NCBI GenBank assembly: GCA_017460065.1 | Contig: JAFUBT010000003.1 | Coordinates: 7,134-71,133 of the forward strand | Length of the DNA stretch: 64,000 bases | Direction of reading: 5' to 3' | From: Candidatus Saccharimonadota bacterium | GTDB lineage: Bacteria > Patescibacteriota > Saccharimonadia > Saccharimonadales > Saccharimonadaceae | Part shown: positions 1-7,744 of the stretch, in pieces | Numbering within the stretch: the first letter of the stretch is position 1 | How the letters are laid out: every line of letters begins with the position of its first letter | Translations under genes and position numbers: made by a program | The notes under the pieces: generated by a model | Told to the model about the DNA's origin: nothing | What the model saw: only the letters and a program-made list of their open reading frames with translations | Database searches by the model: none

Positions 1-1406
1 ACCTTGCTTAGCAGTAATTCCACCGCATCGCCATGTGGGTCGATGAACGCAAAGCCCCGTCCATCACACATATCCTGGTAAGCAATGTTGGTCAGTAAAA
101 TTGACTTACCCATACCAGTCGAACCAATTACATAAGTGTGGCGCCGGCGATCCTTGTCGCGCAGGCGAATAATCTTCTCTTCGCCCCGGAACTTGTTCAC
201 GCCCAAAATCACCCCCTCCTCGGGAATCTTGGCCGGACCATCAACCTGTTTTGTCGCCTGCCGCTCAACTTGCGACGTCGGGATCGAATTCTGCGCCGGC
301 AAATGGAAGAGGCTCGCCATCTCGACACTATTCAAAATCATCTCACGCTGCGTCTGCGGGAAGGACCGTAATATATATTCACGCGCCAAAGTTCCGCTGT
401 TTTTCAGGGCGTCATAACGAAAACCGTTGTAATTCGTCAAATCAAACTGCGAAAACACCGCCACTACATTTTGTAGCAAACTCTCTGACCGCGCCCGCGA
501 TGCTGAACTAGCGCAAATCCGAATCAATACTTCGAAACCTGGATAGCGTGTTTTTTCCTCAATCCGCTGAATCTCTTCCTGCTCCAAGTTAGTTAGAATC
601 CGTTCCGTGTCCTTGTATGCAGCGTGCTCTTCTGGTGGCTGCCACAAAGCTTGCGCCACGTCGCCCACCAAATTGCCCGCATTGTACACCATCCGGCCCA
701 CCAAATTACCCGACGCGTTGCGTGCTTTCTTGCCCTCGCGAATATTTTGTACTCGCTGCAAAGATTTTTGTGTCCAAGATCCATCCGTCGGCCGGAACAT
801 AACTTGCACGCCCACGCCATCGCCCTTCTTGGCAATCGACAAAGCGTTAATCAAAGCTAGACTCGCGTCGCGTTTCGAGTCCTGATAGCTCGCAATCGGG
901 TACCAATAATCGCCCTTTAGACGCAATTCACCCCCCGCCACCGCATCTACGCCCCCTGTCTCATTGAAGAAGTTCGGGTCCGCCACTTCTTCCAGCCGCG
1001 CCGTCGGATAGGCCGCCGTAATCGCCTGTTGCACCGTATCTGTTAACACTGCCGGCACTACCGCATAATATTTAATCGTCCCGTTATGTGCCACAATCTC
1101 GAAACTTAAATGCCTCTGTCCATAAAGTCTGCTTTTTAAGCCCTTCGTTAAAGTCGAAGCGATAATACTATACATCACTTGCGCTTCAGATAACTGCTCA
1201 TCCGTCACGTCGCGCTCGTCACGCCCGCCACCTTGAATATCGTCCGTGCTGGGCGGCAGATGAATTAGCATAGGCACCATCTTGAGCGAGCGCTCATAGT
1301 TCTTACGATCCCGTTTGGCTCCGGCAAACATCCGCCATAGCAGCGCCAACACTACAAAAACTACCGCCAAAACCGCCAAAAGCTCTACCACCGCCACCAC
1401 ATCCAT
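1..1406 (-). CDS. TraD/VirD4/HerA-superfamily P-loop ATPase (type IV secretion-type DNA-binding ATPase); 3' end cut by the window edge
   Basis: Own translation of the minus strand from ATG at 1404-1406. N-terminal TM helix MDVVAVVELLAVLAVVFVVLALLW, about 430 aa, then Walker A HTYVIGSTGMGKSILL and FIDPHGD. Open to position 1, so absent from the ORF track. Confidence 0.6.
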   Translation of the reverse strand, partial: MDVVAVVELLAVLAVVFVVLALLWRMFAGAKRDRKNYERSLKMVPMLIHLPPSTDDIQGGGRDERDVTDEQLSEAQVMYSIIASTLTKGLKSRLYGQRHLSFEIVAHNGTIKYYAVVPAVLTDTVQQAITAAYPTARLEEVADPNFFNETGGVDAVAGGELRLKGDYWYPIASYQDSKRDASLALINALSIAKKGDGVGVQVMFRPTDGSWTQKSLQRVQNIREGKKARNASGNLVGRMVYNAGNLVGDVAQALWQPPEEHAAYKDTERILTNLEQEEIQRIEEKTRYPGFEVLIRICASSASRARSESLLQNVVAVFSQFDLTNYNGFRYDALKNSGTLAREYILRSFPQTQREMILNSVEMASLFHLPAQNSIPTSQVERQATKQVDGPAKIPEEGVILGVNKFRGEEKIIRLRDKDRRRHTYVIGSTGMGKSILLTNIAYQDMCDGRGFAFIDPHGDAVELLLSK

Positions 1407-1408
1407 AG

Positions 1409-1891
1409 CTACTTGCCGTCACCTCGATTACGATTAAAAGCTTTTTTCATCATATCCCACCGTGCTACGTCCAAATCTGCCACCAACTGATGTGGATTTT
1501 GCTTATTTTTATTGATAATCTTCACAACATGGTCCATATAAGCCTTCGGCAATTCTTCCACATCGCGCGGCACCGCCGTCTCAGTCAAAGCACGCAAATC
1601 CGTATCCGTCGGCGCGCCTTCGGAAGCCGTCGCTGTATCCGGATGTGACAGCGCAGCAGCCTGTTGCTCCGGCATTGATAGACTCATCATCTGGTCGTCT
1701 GCTGTTTCGGCCGCTTCCGGCGTCGGCATCGCCTCGCCGCCAATCGTCGGTTGTTCCATCGTATCTGGGCGCAAGTCCGGCCGCCCCTCTACAAAAGCAC
1801 CAAAATTATCTACCACGCCACCCTCAAAAGGATTGGTCGCAGCCGTGCTCTCTTTGGAGCTCTCTCCCGTAGCCGCACCAGAGTTATCCAT
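1409..1891 (-). CDS. hypothetical acidic low-complexity protein
   Basis: ORF 1409..1924, likely starting at internal MDNSGAATGE. Lies directly upstream of, and nearly abuts, the ATPase gene. No recognisable domain. Confidence 0.4.
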   Translation of the reverse strand: MDNSGAATGESSKESTAATNPFEGGVVDNFGAFVEGRPDLRPDTMEQPTIGGEAMPTPEAAETADDQMMSLSMPEQQAAALSHPDTATASEGAPTDTDLRALTETAVPRDVEELPKAYMDHVVKIINKNKQNPHQLVADLDVARWDMMKKAFNRNRGDGK

Positions 1892-1904
1892 AAGCTTTAT
1901 TATA

Positions 1905-2282
1905 TCATAGAATATCGCAAGCAATCAGAAAACACAGCACCGCCTCGACCGCCAATACTAGCACTACTTCCAAGATGGTTATCCCGCCCAAAGACGAGCA
2001 CACAAGTAAAATCAATGGCGCTACCGCTACCGCCGCACCATAATAGTAACTCTTGCGCTCTATGCCGCCCGCGTGCGCCTTGTTTAAGAAAGCACGAAAC
2101 CGAAAAAATAGCCTGCAGCCCAATACTGCAAGCCCTAAAAATAGCACATAAGCGGCTATTAAAAAGATGAGAATCCCCAGTGGTCCTACCCCACTCGGCG
2201 ACGTAAAGAACATCATCCCCAACAACAACACCCCCGCTATCGCGTCGCAGGATAACAAAATCTTGTCCCAAGTCTTCTCCAT
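1905..2282 (-). CDS. small integral membrane protein
   Basis: ORF 1905..2312, likely starting at MEKTWDK (ATG at 2282). Three to four hydrophobic helices. TGA stop followed by T. Confidence 0.45.
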   Translation of the reverse strand: MEKTWDKILLSCDAIAGVLLLGMMFFTSPSGVGPLGILIFLIAAYVLFLGLAVLGCRLFFRFRAFLNKAHAGGIERKSYYYGAAVAVAPLILLVCSSLGGITILEVVLVLAVEAVLCFLIACDIL

Positions 2283-2339
2283 GCCCACATTATAGCATGC
2301 AAGCATAAGCAAAAATCCTCACTTTCCTGCACAGTCAAA

Positions 2340-2770
2340 ACCAAAACTCCACGAAACGGTTTCGATGGTGCCCGAAGCAACGATCAACTCGTGACGATGT
2401 TCGCTCTGTCCTCTTTTTCTGCCGCTTACCGGATAATGTGCTAGGCTCAGAGTCCCCCATAAGACGGCCCAGGTTTAATAAATTATCCAAACCTGGGCTC
2501 GAAGTAGAGGGAACTTATCTGGCGAAATAAATCTTACTATGTGCCACAAGTTTAATCCTCTACTTGAGCTTTATTGACCGCCTCTCATATAGAGAGGCAC
2601 ATCCTTGCATTTGGTGATAGTCTACTCTGTTTTGGGTATCTAAGGTGCTAGTCGACTGTTCCCAAATACGCGCTCTACGCTCATTGCATCACTGCAATAT
2701 TTGGCGGAGCTTAGCTTACTCCTAGAAGTGTAATTTATGGCTAGAAATAAGCTATGGCGACGCCAAATCG
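2340..2770. ncRNA. unassigned structured non-coding region (cluster of abutting hairpins); class and strand unknown
   Basis: No ORF of 60 aa or more on any strand. Hairpins: cccaggttt/aaacctggg (about 2469-2498), aagtagagg/cctctactt (about 2508-2566), gcctctc/gagaggc (about 2580-2598), and a roughly 70-nt hairpin atttggcg...cgccaaat (about 2697-2768). Confidence 0.25.
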
Positions 2771-3107
2771 TTCAAATCTGCCTTCTTTACATTCTCCACT
2801 CCACTGTTTTTATTTTTGTTTTGTGCGTGTTTGTTTTGATTAATTGCACATCCTGACTATAGCAAAGCACAAGCCAAAAGTCAATAATATTATTGTTCAA
2901 AATTCAAAGTATTTATCACAACATTTTGCACCACATACAGGAGTAGAAACTCGCAAAAATGCTAGTTGTATTTTTTACAACACTATTTTTGCCCTCCGTC
3001 CAATCAGCAAAAACCATATTTTCCAAACTCGCAGCTGCTTTTCCAGAATCTTCGCGCCGCAATATTTTTAGACGTCCATACGTTGTAAATAATACAACAA
3101 AAATCTA

Positions 3108-3136
3108 TTGACACTAGCATTTTGAACAATTATTAT
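3108..3136 (+). promoter_or_regulatory. near-consensus sigma70-type promoter
   Basis: TTGACA (3108-3113), 17-nt spacer, TATTAT (3131-3136), inside an ORF-free region. Confidence 0.5.
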
Positions 3137-3142
3137 AAGGTT

Positions 3143-3256
3143 AGCTTTTGAATAAATATCTTATACAAAAGCCAAAAACAAACATCGATTCCAAAATATA
3201 ACTCCATACTCCACACAGAAAGATCCGGTTTTCCTCGCAGTTACCGGATCTTTTGC
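3143..3256 (+). ncRNA. candidate ~110-nt small RNA bounded by promoter and intrinsic terminator
   Basis: Begins about 7 nt after the -10 at 3131-3136. Ends at hairpin gatccggt/accggatc (3222-3250) followed by TTTT. No ORF or RBS inside. Confidence 0.35.
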
Positions 3257-3440
3257 TATCCTGGGGTATTTCTGATTAATTTCTGGGTTCAACGCATCTC
3301 CACCCCCCCCTCTTCTTGCACCACTCTCTGCTATTCATAACTGCACCCCACCAAGCAAGCTACCCACCTCCCCCATGCCGCCATCACCAACATAACAACT
3401 ACTGCAGTCACGGCGTCATCTAGGCATTCAAGCACGGATT

Positions 3441-3466
3441 CAACAAAAAACGACCACTTGGTCGTT
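3441..3466 (-). terminator. intrinsic terminator downstream of ssrA (structurally bidirectional)
   Basis: Hairpin aacgacc/ggtcgtt (3449-3466). A-run 3443-3450 on the plus strand gives a U-run on the minus strand. Confidence 0.6.
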
Positions 3467-3508
3467 CTATTTTGGTCATAATTTCTGTTGTAAAAAATAC
3501 CTAAACAG

Positions 3509-3873
3509 TGGTGGAGCTGCCGGATACTGCCTCCGGGTCCGAAAAATCTTCAATCATGCAATCTACGAGCATAGTCTGTTCTTTTATCTTGGCGGGGACA
3601 AATCAGCTGGAATAGACAAAACTAATCTGCGGCCATGACTGGATTTTCGTGCAACTTCTCGTCACGGAGGTCACCTTAATGCCATATCTATGATACCTCT
3701 ATGCCCTATGGCAATCGCGCACAGAGGCAAGCCTACTAAATTAGGCTAAAGCGTAAGCTGGCATGTATGCCACGTGCTTACTAGCAGTTTTTTCTGCATT
3801 TATGGACTGTACTTACGGTACAAATCGACTCGCCTGCATGTTGTTAATAATCCGTCTAAGCTTTGTCAGCCCC
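3509..3873 (-). ncRNA. ssrA: tmRNA
   Basis: Minus strand starts GGGGCTGACAAAGCTTAGACGG and ends GGACCCGGAGGCAGTATCCGGCAGCTCCACCA. The acceptor stem has the G3:U pair. Tag frame GCA GAA AAA ACT GCT AGT AAG CAC GTG GCA TAC ATG CCA GCT TAC GCT TTA GCC TAA encodes AEKTASKHVAYMPAYALA. Confidence 0.9.
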
Positions 3874-3936
3874 AACTACCGCCATTTTATCACAATCATG
3901 CTTTTCTTTCAATCTACCACCCCTTATACTAGCCGC

Positions 3937-5451
3937 ATGTCTACTGCAAAATGTTACTCTGCTATTCCGCTCGGCTTCACTGGGCGCTCCATCACTGTCG
4001 AATGCGACAGCCTGCATGGTCTGCCCGCATTTAATATCGTCGGCCTGCCCGGCCGCAGCATCGACGAAAGCCGACTTCGCATTCGTTCTGCTATCAAGAA
4101 CTCCGGCTTTCGCTTCCCAGCAGATAGGATCACCGTCAATCTCGCCCCCGCAGACCTTCGCAAGACTGGCACTGGTTTTGACCTACCTATCGCCGTAGAC
4201 ATCCTCGTGTCATCCGGCCAACTCCTCCAACGCGACCTCGAGCAGCGTGCCTTCATTGGCGAATTATCCCTCAACGGAGGCATTAAAGCCACGCATGGCA
4301 TCATCAACGCCATCGAAGCCCTATCCAGCAAAATGCTCCGCGAAATCTATATTCCTGTCGACAATGCCGCCGAGGCCGCACTCATTGCCGACCAACACAC
4401 TATTATTCCCGTACAATCGCTCCGCCAACTCTGACTACATCTGAAGCAAATTCACCCCATTTTACCCCTGAGCAAAAATGTCAAAAATACACAAACAGAT
4501 AACCATAAGCGTCTTCTACTAGATCATATATCTGGTCAGCACGAAGCTAAGCGCGCCATTATCATCGCAGTCGCCGGCCGCCACAACATCCTTCTACATG
4601 GCCCACCCGGCGTTGGCAAAACCATGCTCGCCCAGGCCGCCCGCGACCTTCTTCCGCCCGTCAGCCACGACGAAAGCATCGCTATCACCAAGCTTCGTTC
4701 TCTTAGCTCCCCCAACCTCGCACCCGCCAGTCAGCGCCCTTTTCGCAGCCCACATCATAGCTCAACTCTTAGTAATCTGATCGGCAGCAAACTCAGTCTC
4801 CTCCCGGGCGAAATATCTCTGGCCCACCACGGCGTCCTCTTCCTCGACGAATTCCCCGAATTCTCCAGCCAGGCCATCGAAGCTCTCCGCACTCCACTTG
4901 AGACCAAACAAATCACTCTCTGCCACGCGAACACTAAAATTACCTACCCCGCTGATTTTATACTCATTGCCGCTATGAATCCCTGTCCTTGCGGCTACCA
5001 CAACACCGGCGTGCGCAGCTGTAATTGCACGCCTCACCAACTCTACAAATACCAAAAGAAACTTTCCGGGCCCATCCTCGACCGTATAGATATGACCGTT
5101 CAACTACAAGCCATCGACGCCTCTGTTTTATTAAAAACCACAACGAATAGCACTCGCCAAGATGCTAGTGCTAAAACCGCCATCGCCCGCGCCTACCACG
5201 CCCAAACTCAGCGCTACCACTCCCCCGCCATCACAAACGCCGCGCTTAATTCTGTCAGCGTCTGCGAACGACTCAAACTCAGTCCTAGTGCTCGCCAATT
5301 ACTCAATGAGGCCAGCGCAAAACTCCAACTCTCCGCTCGTGCCTACTTCCAAACTATCAAAATCGCCCAAACTATCGCCGACCTCGATGCTGTGCCTATT
5401 ATCGATGCACCCCAAATCGCCGAAGCTCTTCGTTACCGCCGTCCATTCTAA
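3937..5451 (+). CDS. comM: ComM/YifB Mg-chelatase-like AAA+ competence protein; one reading frame interrupted by a single in-frame TGA at 4432-4434 (pseudogene or readthrough)
   Basis: The N-terminal Lon-like domain (MSTAKCYSAIPLGFTGRSITVE...) runs to the TGA. The same frame continues LHLKQIHP...HISGQHEAKRAIIIAVAGRHNILLHGPPGVGKTMLAQ (Walker A) and joins ORF 4624..5451. The ORF-track start at 3763 overlaps tmRNA and is rejected. Confidence 0.8.
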
Positions 5452-5454
5452 CTA

Positions 5455-5579
5455 TGCTGCAAAAACATAACGGAGCCTGCTGGCAAGTTCAAGATGCGGC
5501 TCGCACGTGAAAGGTATCGACGCCAAGGTAATGCTTAGGCATAAAACATAACGGAGGTTACGACCGAGTTCCAGACGAA
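5455..5579 (+). repeat. two truncated or diverged copies of the TAACGGAGCC-core palindromic element
   Basis: TAACGGAGCCTGCTGGCAAGTTCAAGATGCGGCTCGCACGTGAA at about 5468, then TAACGGAGGTTACGACCGAGTTCCAGACGAAGC at about 5548. The partner of the second copy, GCTTCGCCCC, resumes after 5695. Confidence 0.6.
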
Positions 5580-5695
5580 GCTCAAGCATACTATACTACG
5601 AAACGTAACGGAGCCTGCTGGCGAGTTCAAGATGCGACTCGCCCGTGAAGACGGGCCGAGACGACATCGTGTTTCGTAGCATAGTATGCTTGAGC
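5580..5695 (+). repeat. complete palindromic element, copy A (25-nt arms plus 66-nt conserved core)
   Basis: Arms gctcaagcatactatactacgaaac (5580-5604) and gtttcgtagcatagtatgcttgagc (5671-5695). Core GTAACGGAGCCTGCTGGCGAGTTCAAGATGCGACTCGCCCGTGAAGACGGGCCGAGACGACATCGT. Confidence 0.75.
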
Positions 5696-5705
5696 GCTTC
5701 GCCCC

Positions 5706-5734
5706 TTGTCATCCCGCCCCACTTCTGCTATAAT
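5706..5734 (+). promoter_or_regulatory. infC operon promoter (extended -10)
   Basis: TTGTCA (5706-5711), 17-nt spacer, TGc TATAAT (5726-5734). Confidence 0.55.
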
Positions 5735-5771
5735 TACCCCATAAACAAGTCTAATTTTAAGGAGCACAGCC

Positions 5772-6287
5772 ATCAGTAACCACAATTCGCGCACTCGCAT
5801 CAACGGAGAAATTCGTCATCCCGAGGTCCGCGTAATCAGTGCTGACGGTGCGCAACTTGGCATTATGTCTAGCCGCGACGCCCAACTCATGGCTCGCGAC
5901 GCCGGTTTAGACCTGGTCGAGATTTCGCCAAACGCCAATCCGCCAGTAGTCAAAATCATCGACTGGGGTAAATACCAGTACCAAAAGATGAAGGAGCTCA
6001 GCCGCGCCAAGAAAAATGCCAAAAGCAGCGAGCTCAAACAGATTAGGCTTGGTTTGAAAATTGGGGAAAATGACCTCAATATTAAATGCCGCAAAATCCT
6101 CGAACTCCTCGAAGGTGGCGATCGTGTCAAAGTGATGATTATCTTCCGTGGCCGCGAAATGGCCCACAAAGAAATCGGCACCGAACTCATGAACAAAATC
6201 GTCGAAAAGCTCGGCGACCAAGTCATCGTCGACGGCAAATCGCAGATGAGCGGCCGCAATCTTATCTTTACGGTTCGCCATAAATAG
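5772..6287 (+). CDS. infC: translation initiation factor IF-3, probable non-AUG (ATC) start
   Basis: The frame is open from the stop at 5742 and encodes ISNHNSRTRINGEIRHPEVRVISADGAQLGIM upstream of the ORF-track ATG at 5865. AAGGAG (5759-5764) lies 7 nt before ATC at 5772. The rest is typical IF-3 sequence. Confidence 0.8.
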   Translation: MSNHNSRTRINGEIRHPEVRVISADGAQLGIMSSRDAQLMARDAGLDLVEISPNANPPVVKIIDWGKYQYQKMKELSRAKKNAKSSELKQIRLGLKIGENDLNIKCRKILELLEGGDRVKVMIIFRGREMAHKEIGTELMNKIVEKLGDQVIVDGKSQMSGRNLIFTVRHK

Positions 6288-6367
6288 ATAAGCATTGCCC
6301 CAACGCCCACCGGTTCCCTACACCCCAAAGCGTTGCAATTATTAACTAAAGTAGGAAAGGTATCGAA

Positions 6368-6562
6368 ATGCCAAAACTCAAGACCCACAAGGGCACTGCG
6401 AAGCGCGTCAAAATTACCACCAATGGTAAAATCGTCCGCGAACGTGCCTTCGGCAACCACATTCTTGCCAAAAAGTCCAAAGCCCGCAAGCGCAACATCA
6501 AAACTCCTGCGGTCGTTAAGGGCAAAATTGCCAAAAACATTAAAACTGCACTAGGAGCCTAA
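6368..6562 (+). CDS. rpmI: 50S ribosomal protein L35
   Basis: [22 protein letters not shown]..., 64 aa, between infC and rplT. Confidence 0.95.
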   Translation: MPKLKTHKGTAKRVKITTNGKIVRERAFGNHILAKKSKARKRNIKTPAVVKGKIAKNIKTALGA

Positions 6563-6564
6563 TC

Positions 6565-6978
6565 ATGAGAGTCAAACGAGGAGTTGCCGCCCGCGCAAAA
6601 CACAAGAAAATTCTAAAAGCCGCCAAAGGCATGCAGCACTATCGCACCCGCAGCTATCGCATGGCCAAGCAAGGCGTCATCAAGTCCCTCAGCTACGCCT
6701 ACCGCGATCGCCGCAACCGCAAACGCGACCTGCGCAGCCTCTGGATCACCCGCATCAACAATGCGGCCCATGAAAACGGCTTAAACTACAGCACTTTCAT
6801 CAACGGTCTCAAGGCCAAAGACATCGAACTTGACCGCAAAGTTCTCGCCGAACTCGCTGTCAACGACCCCAAGGCCTTTGCCGCCATCTGTGAAAGCGTC
6901 AAAGCAAAACCAGCTACTAAGGCCGACACCAAGAGCGCCAAAGCTCCGGCCAAGGCCAAAGCCGCTGCAAAAGCCTAA
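6565..6978 (+). CDS. rplT: 50S ribosomal protein L20 with Lys/Ala-rich C-terminal extension
   Basis: [22 protein letters not shown]... with tail [23 protein letters not shown]. Confidence 0.95.
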   Translation: MRVKRGVAARAKHKKILKAAKGMQHYRTRSYRMAKQGVIKSLSYAYRDRRNRKRDLRSLWITRINNAAHENGLNYSTFINGLKAKDIELDRKVLAELAVNDPKAFAAICESVKAKPATKADTKSAKAPAKAKAAAKA

Positions 6979-7011
6979 GCTTAAGCTGTTTCAGTAATTT
7001 TTACAACAAAA

Positions 7012-7036
7012 AGCACCGCTCCACGCGGTGTTTTTT
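7012..7036 (+). terminator. intrinsic terminator after rplT
   Basis: Stem caccgc/gcggtg (7014-7030) followed by TTTTTT. Confidence 0.7.
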
Positions 7037-7063
7037 GTACCCCTCTCGTGCAGCGAAAGAGAT

Positions 7064-7342
7064 GCAGAAAAGGCTACATAGCTTATTCTTAAAACGTAAC
7101 GGAGCCTGCTGGTATAGTAAAAAGCTAGTATTAACTTTTTTGGAATATAACGGAGCCAAAAAACAGAGACGCAGAAAAGGCTACATAGCTTATTTTTTAA
7201 ACGTAACGGAGCCTGCTGGTATAGTAAAAAGCTAGTATTAACTTTTTTGGAATATAACGGAGCTCACGAGCGAGTTCCAGCAGGCGTTCGCCCGTAACGA
7301 CGGGCCGAACGAACTGCGTATTCCAAAAAAATTAATACTAGC
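7064..7342 (+). repeat. nested and tandem array of the TAACGGAGCC element (107-bp period, 2 units) ending in a complete copy C
   Basis: Unit gcagaaaaggctacatagcttatt..aaacgTAACGGAGCCTGCTGGtatagtaaaaagctagtattaacttttttggaataTAACGGAGC occurs at 7064 and again at 7171. The final copy has arms ctagtattaacttttttggaata and tattccaaaaaaattaatactag around core TAACGGAGCTCACGAGCGAGTTCCAGCAGGCGTTCGCCCGTAACGACGGGCCGAACGAACTGCG. Confidence 0.75.
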
Positions 7343-7347
7343 CTAAC

Positions 7348-7688
7348 AAGCTCATCAATAAGCCGGGTTCTGTACCCCAAAGGGGCAGTAGCCATCTATC
7401 TAGCCTCGCGATTGCTCACGAGATCTAGCGGTGAGCGACCATCCGCGGATCACGGTATCTAGGTCTCCTTGCAGCCAATAGAGTTTACCTCACGCCAATG
7501 TCACCATCAGCGCCTGTGAGCTCTTACCCCACTCTTTTCACCCTTACCACGACCGAAATCATGGCGGTTTAGTTTCTGTGGCACTTTTCCTACCCTTACG
7601 GGCGGTTGCCGTTAGCAACTATCGTATCCTGTGCTGCCCGGACTTTCCTCTCGCTATTTTTCAAGCCAGCGGCTACTTCGATGAGCTT
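7348..7688 (-). ncRNA. rnpB: RNase P RNA, bacterial type A
   Basis: Minus strand contains GAGGAAAGTCCGGGC, ACAGAAA, GGGTGAAA, GTAAGAGC and ACAGAACCCGGCTTA. P1 is formed by AAGCTCATC (5') and GATGAGCTT (3'). Confidence 0.9.
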
Positions 7689-7744
7689 GACAACATCATA
7701 ACACAAAACCCCTCAATTAGCAATCCGCCTATGCTAAGTGCTAA

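Noticed and set aside
2844-3071. 75-aa ORF in the large non-coding gap.
   Set aside because: It has a non-ATG start and no RBS, is AT-rich with an odd composition, and is followed by a promoter rather than preceded by one.
3763-3936. N-terminal extension of the comM ORF given in the track.
   Set aside because: It overlaps the tmRNA gene on the opposite strand. Conserved ComM sequence starts at the ATG at 3937.
5816-6460. 214-aa minus-strand ORF spanning infC and rpmI.
   Set aside because: It is antisense to two highly recognisable translation genes.
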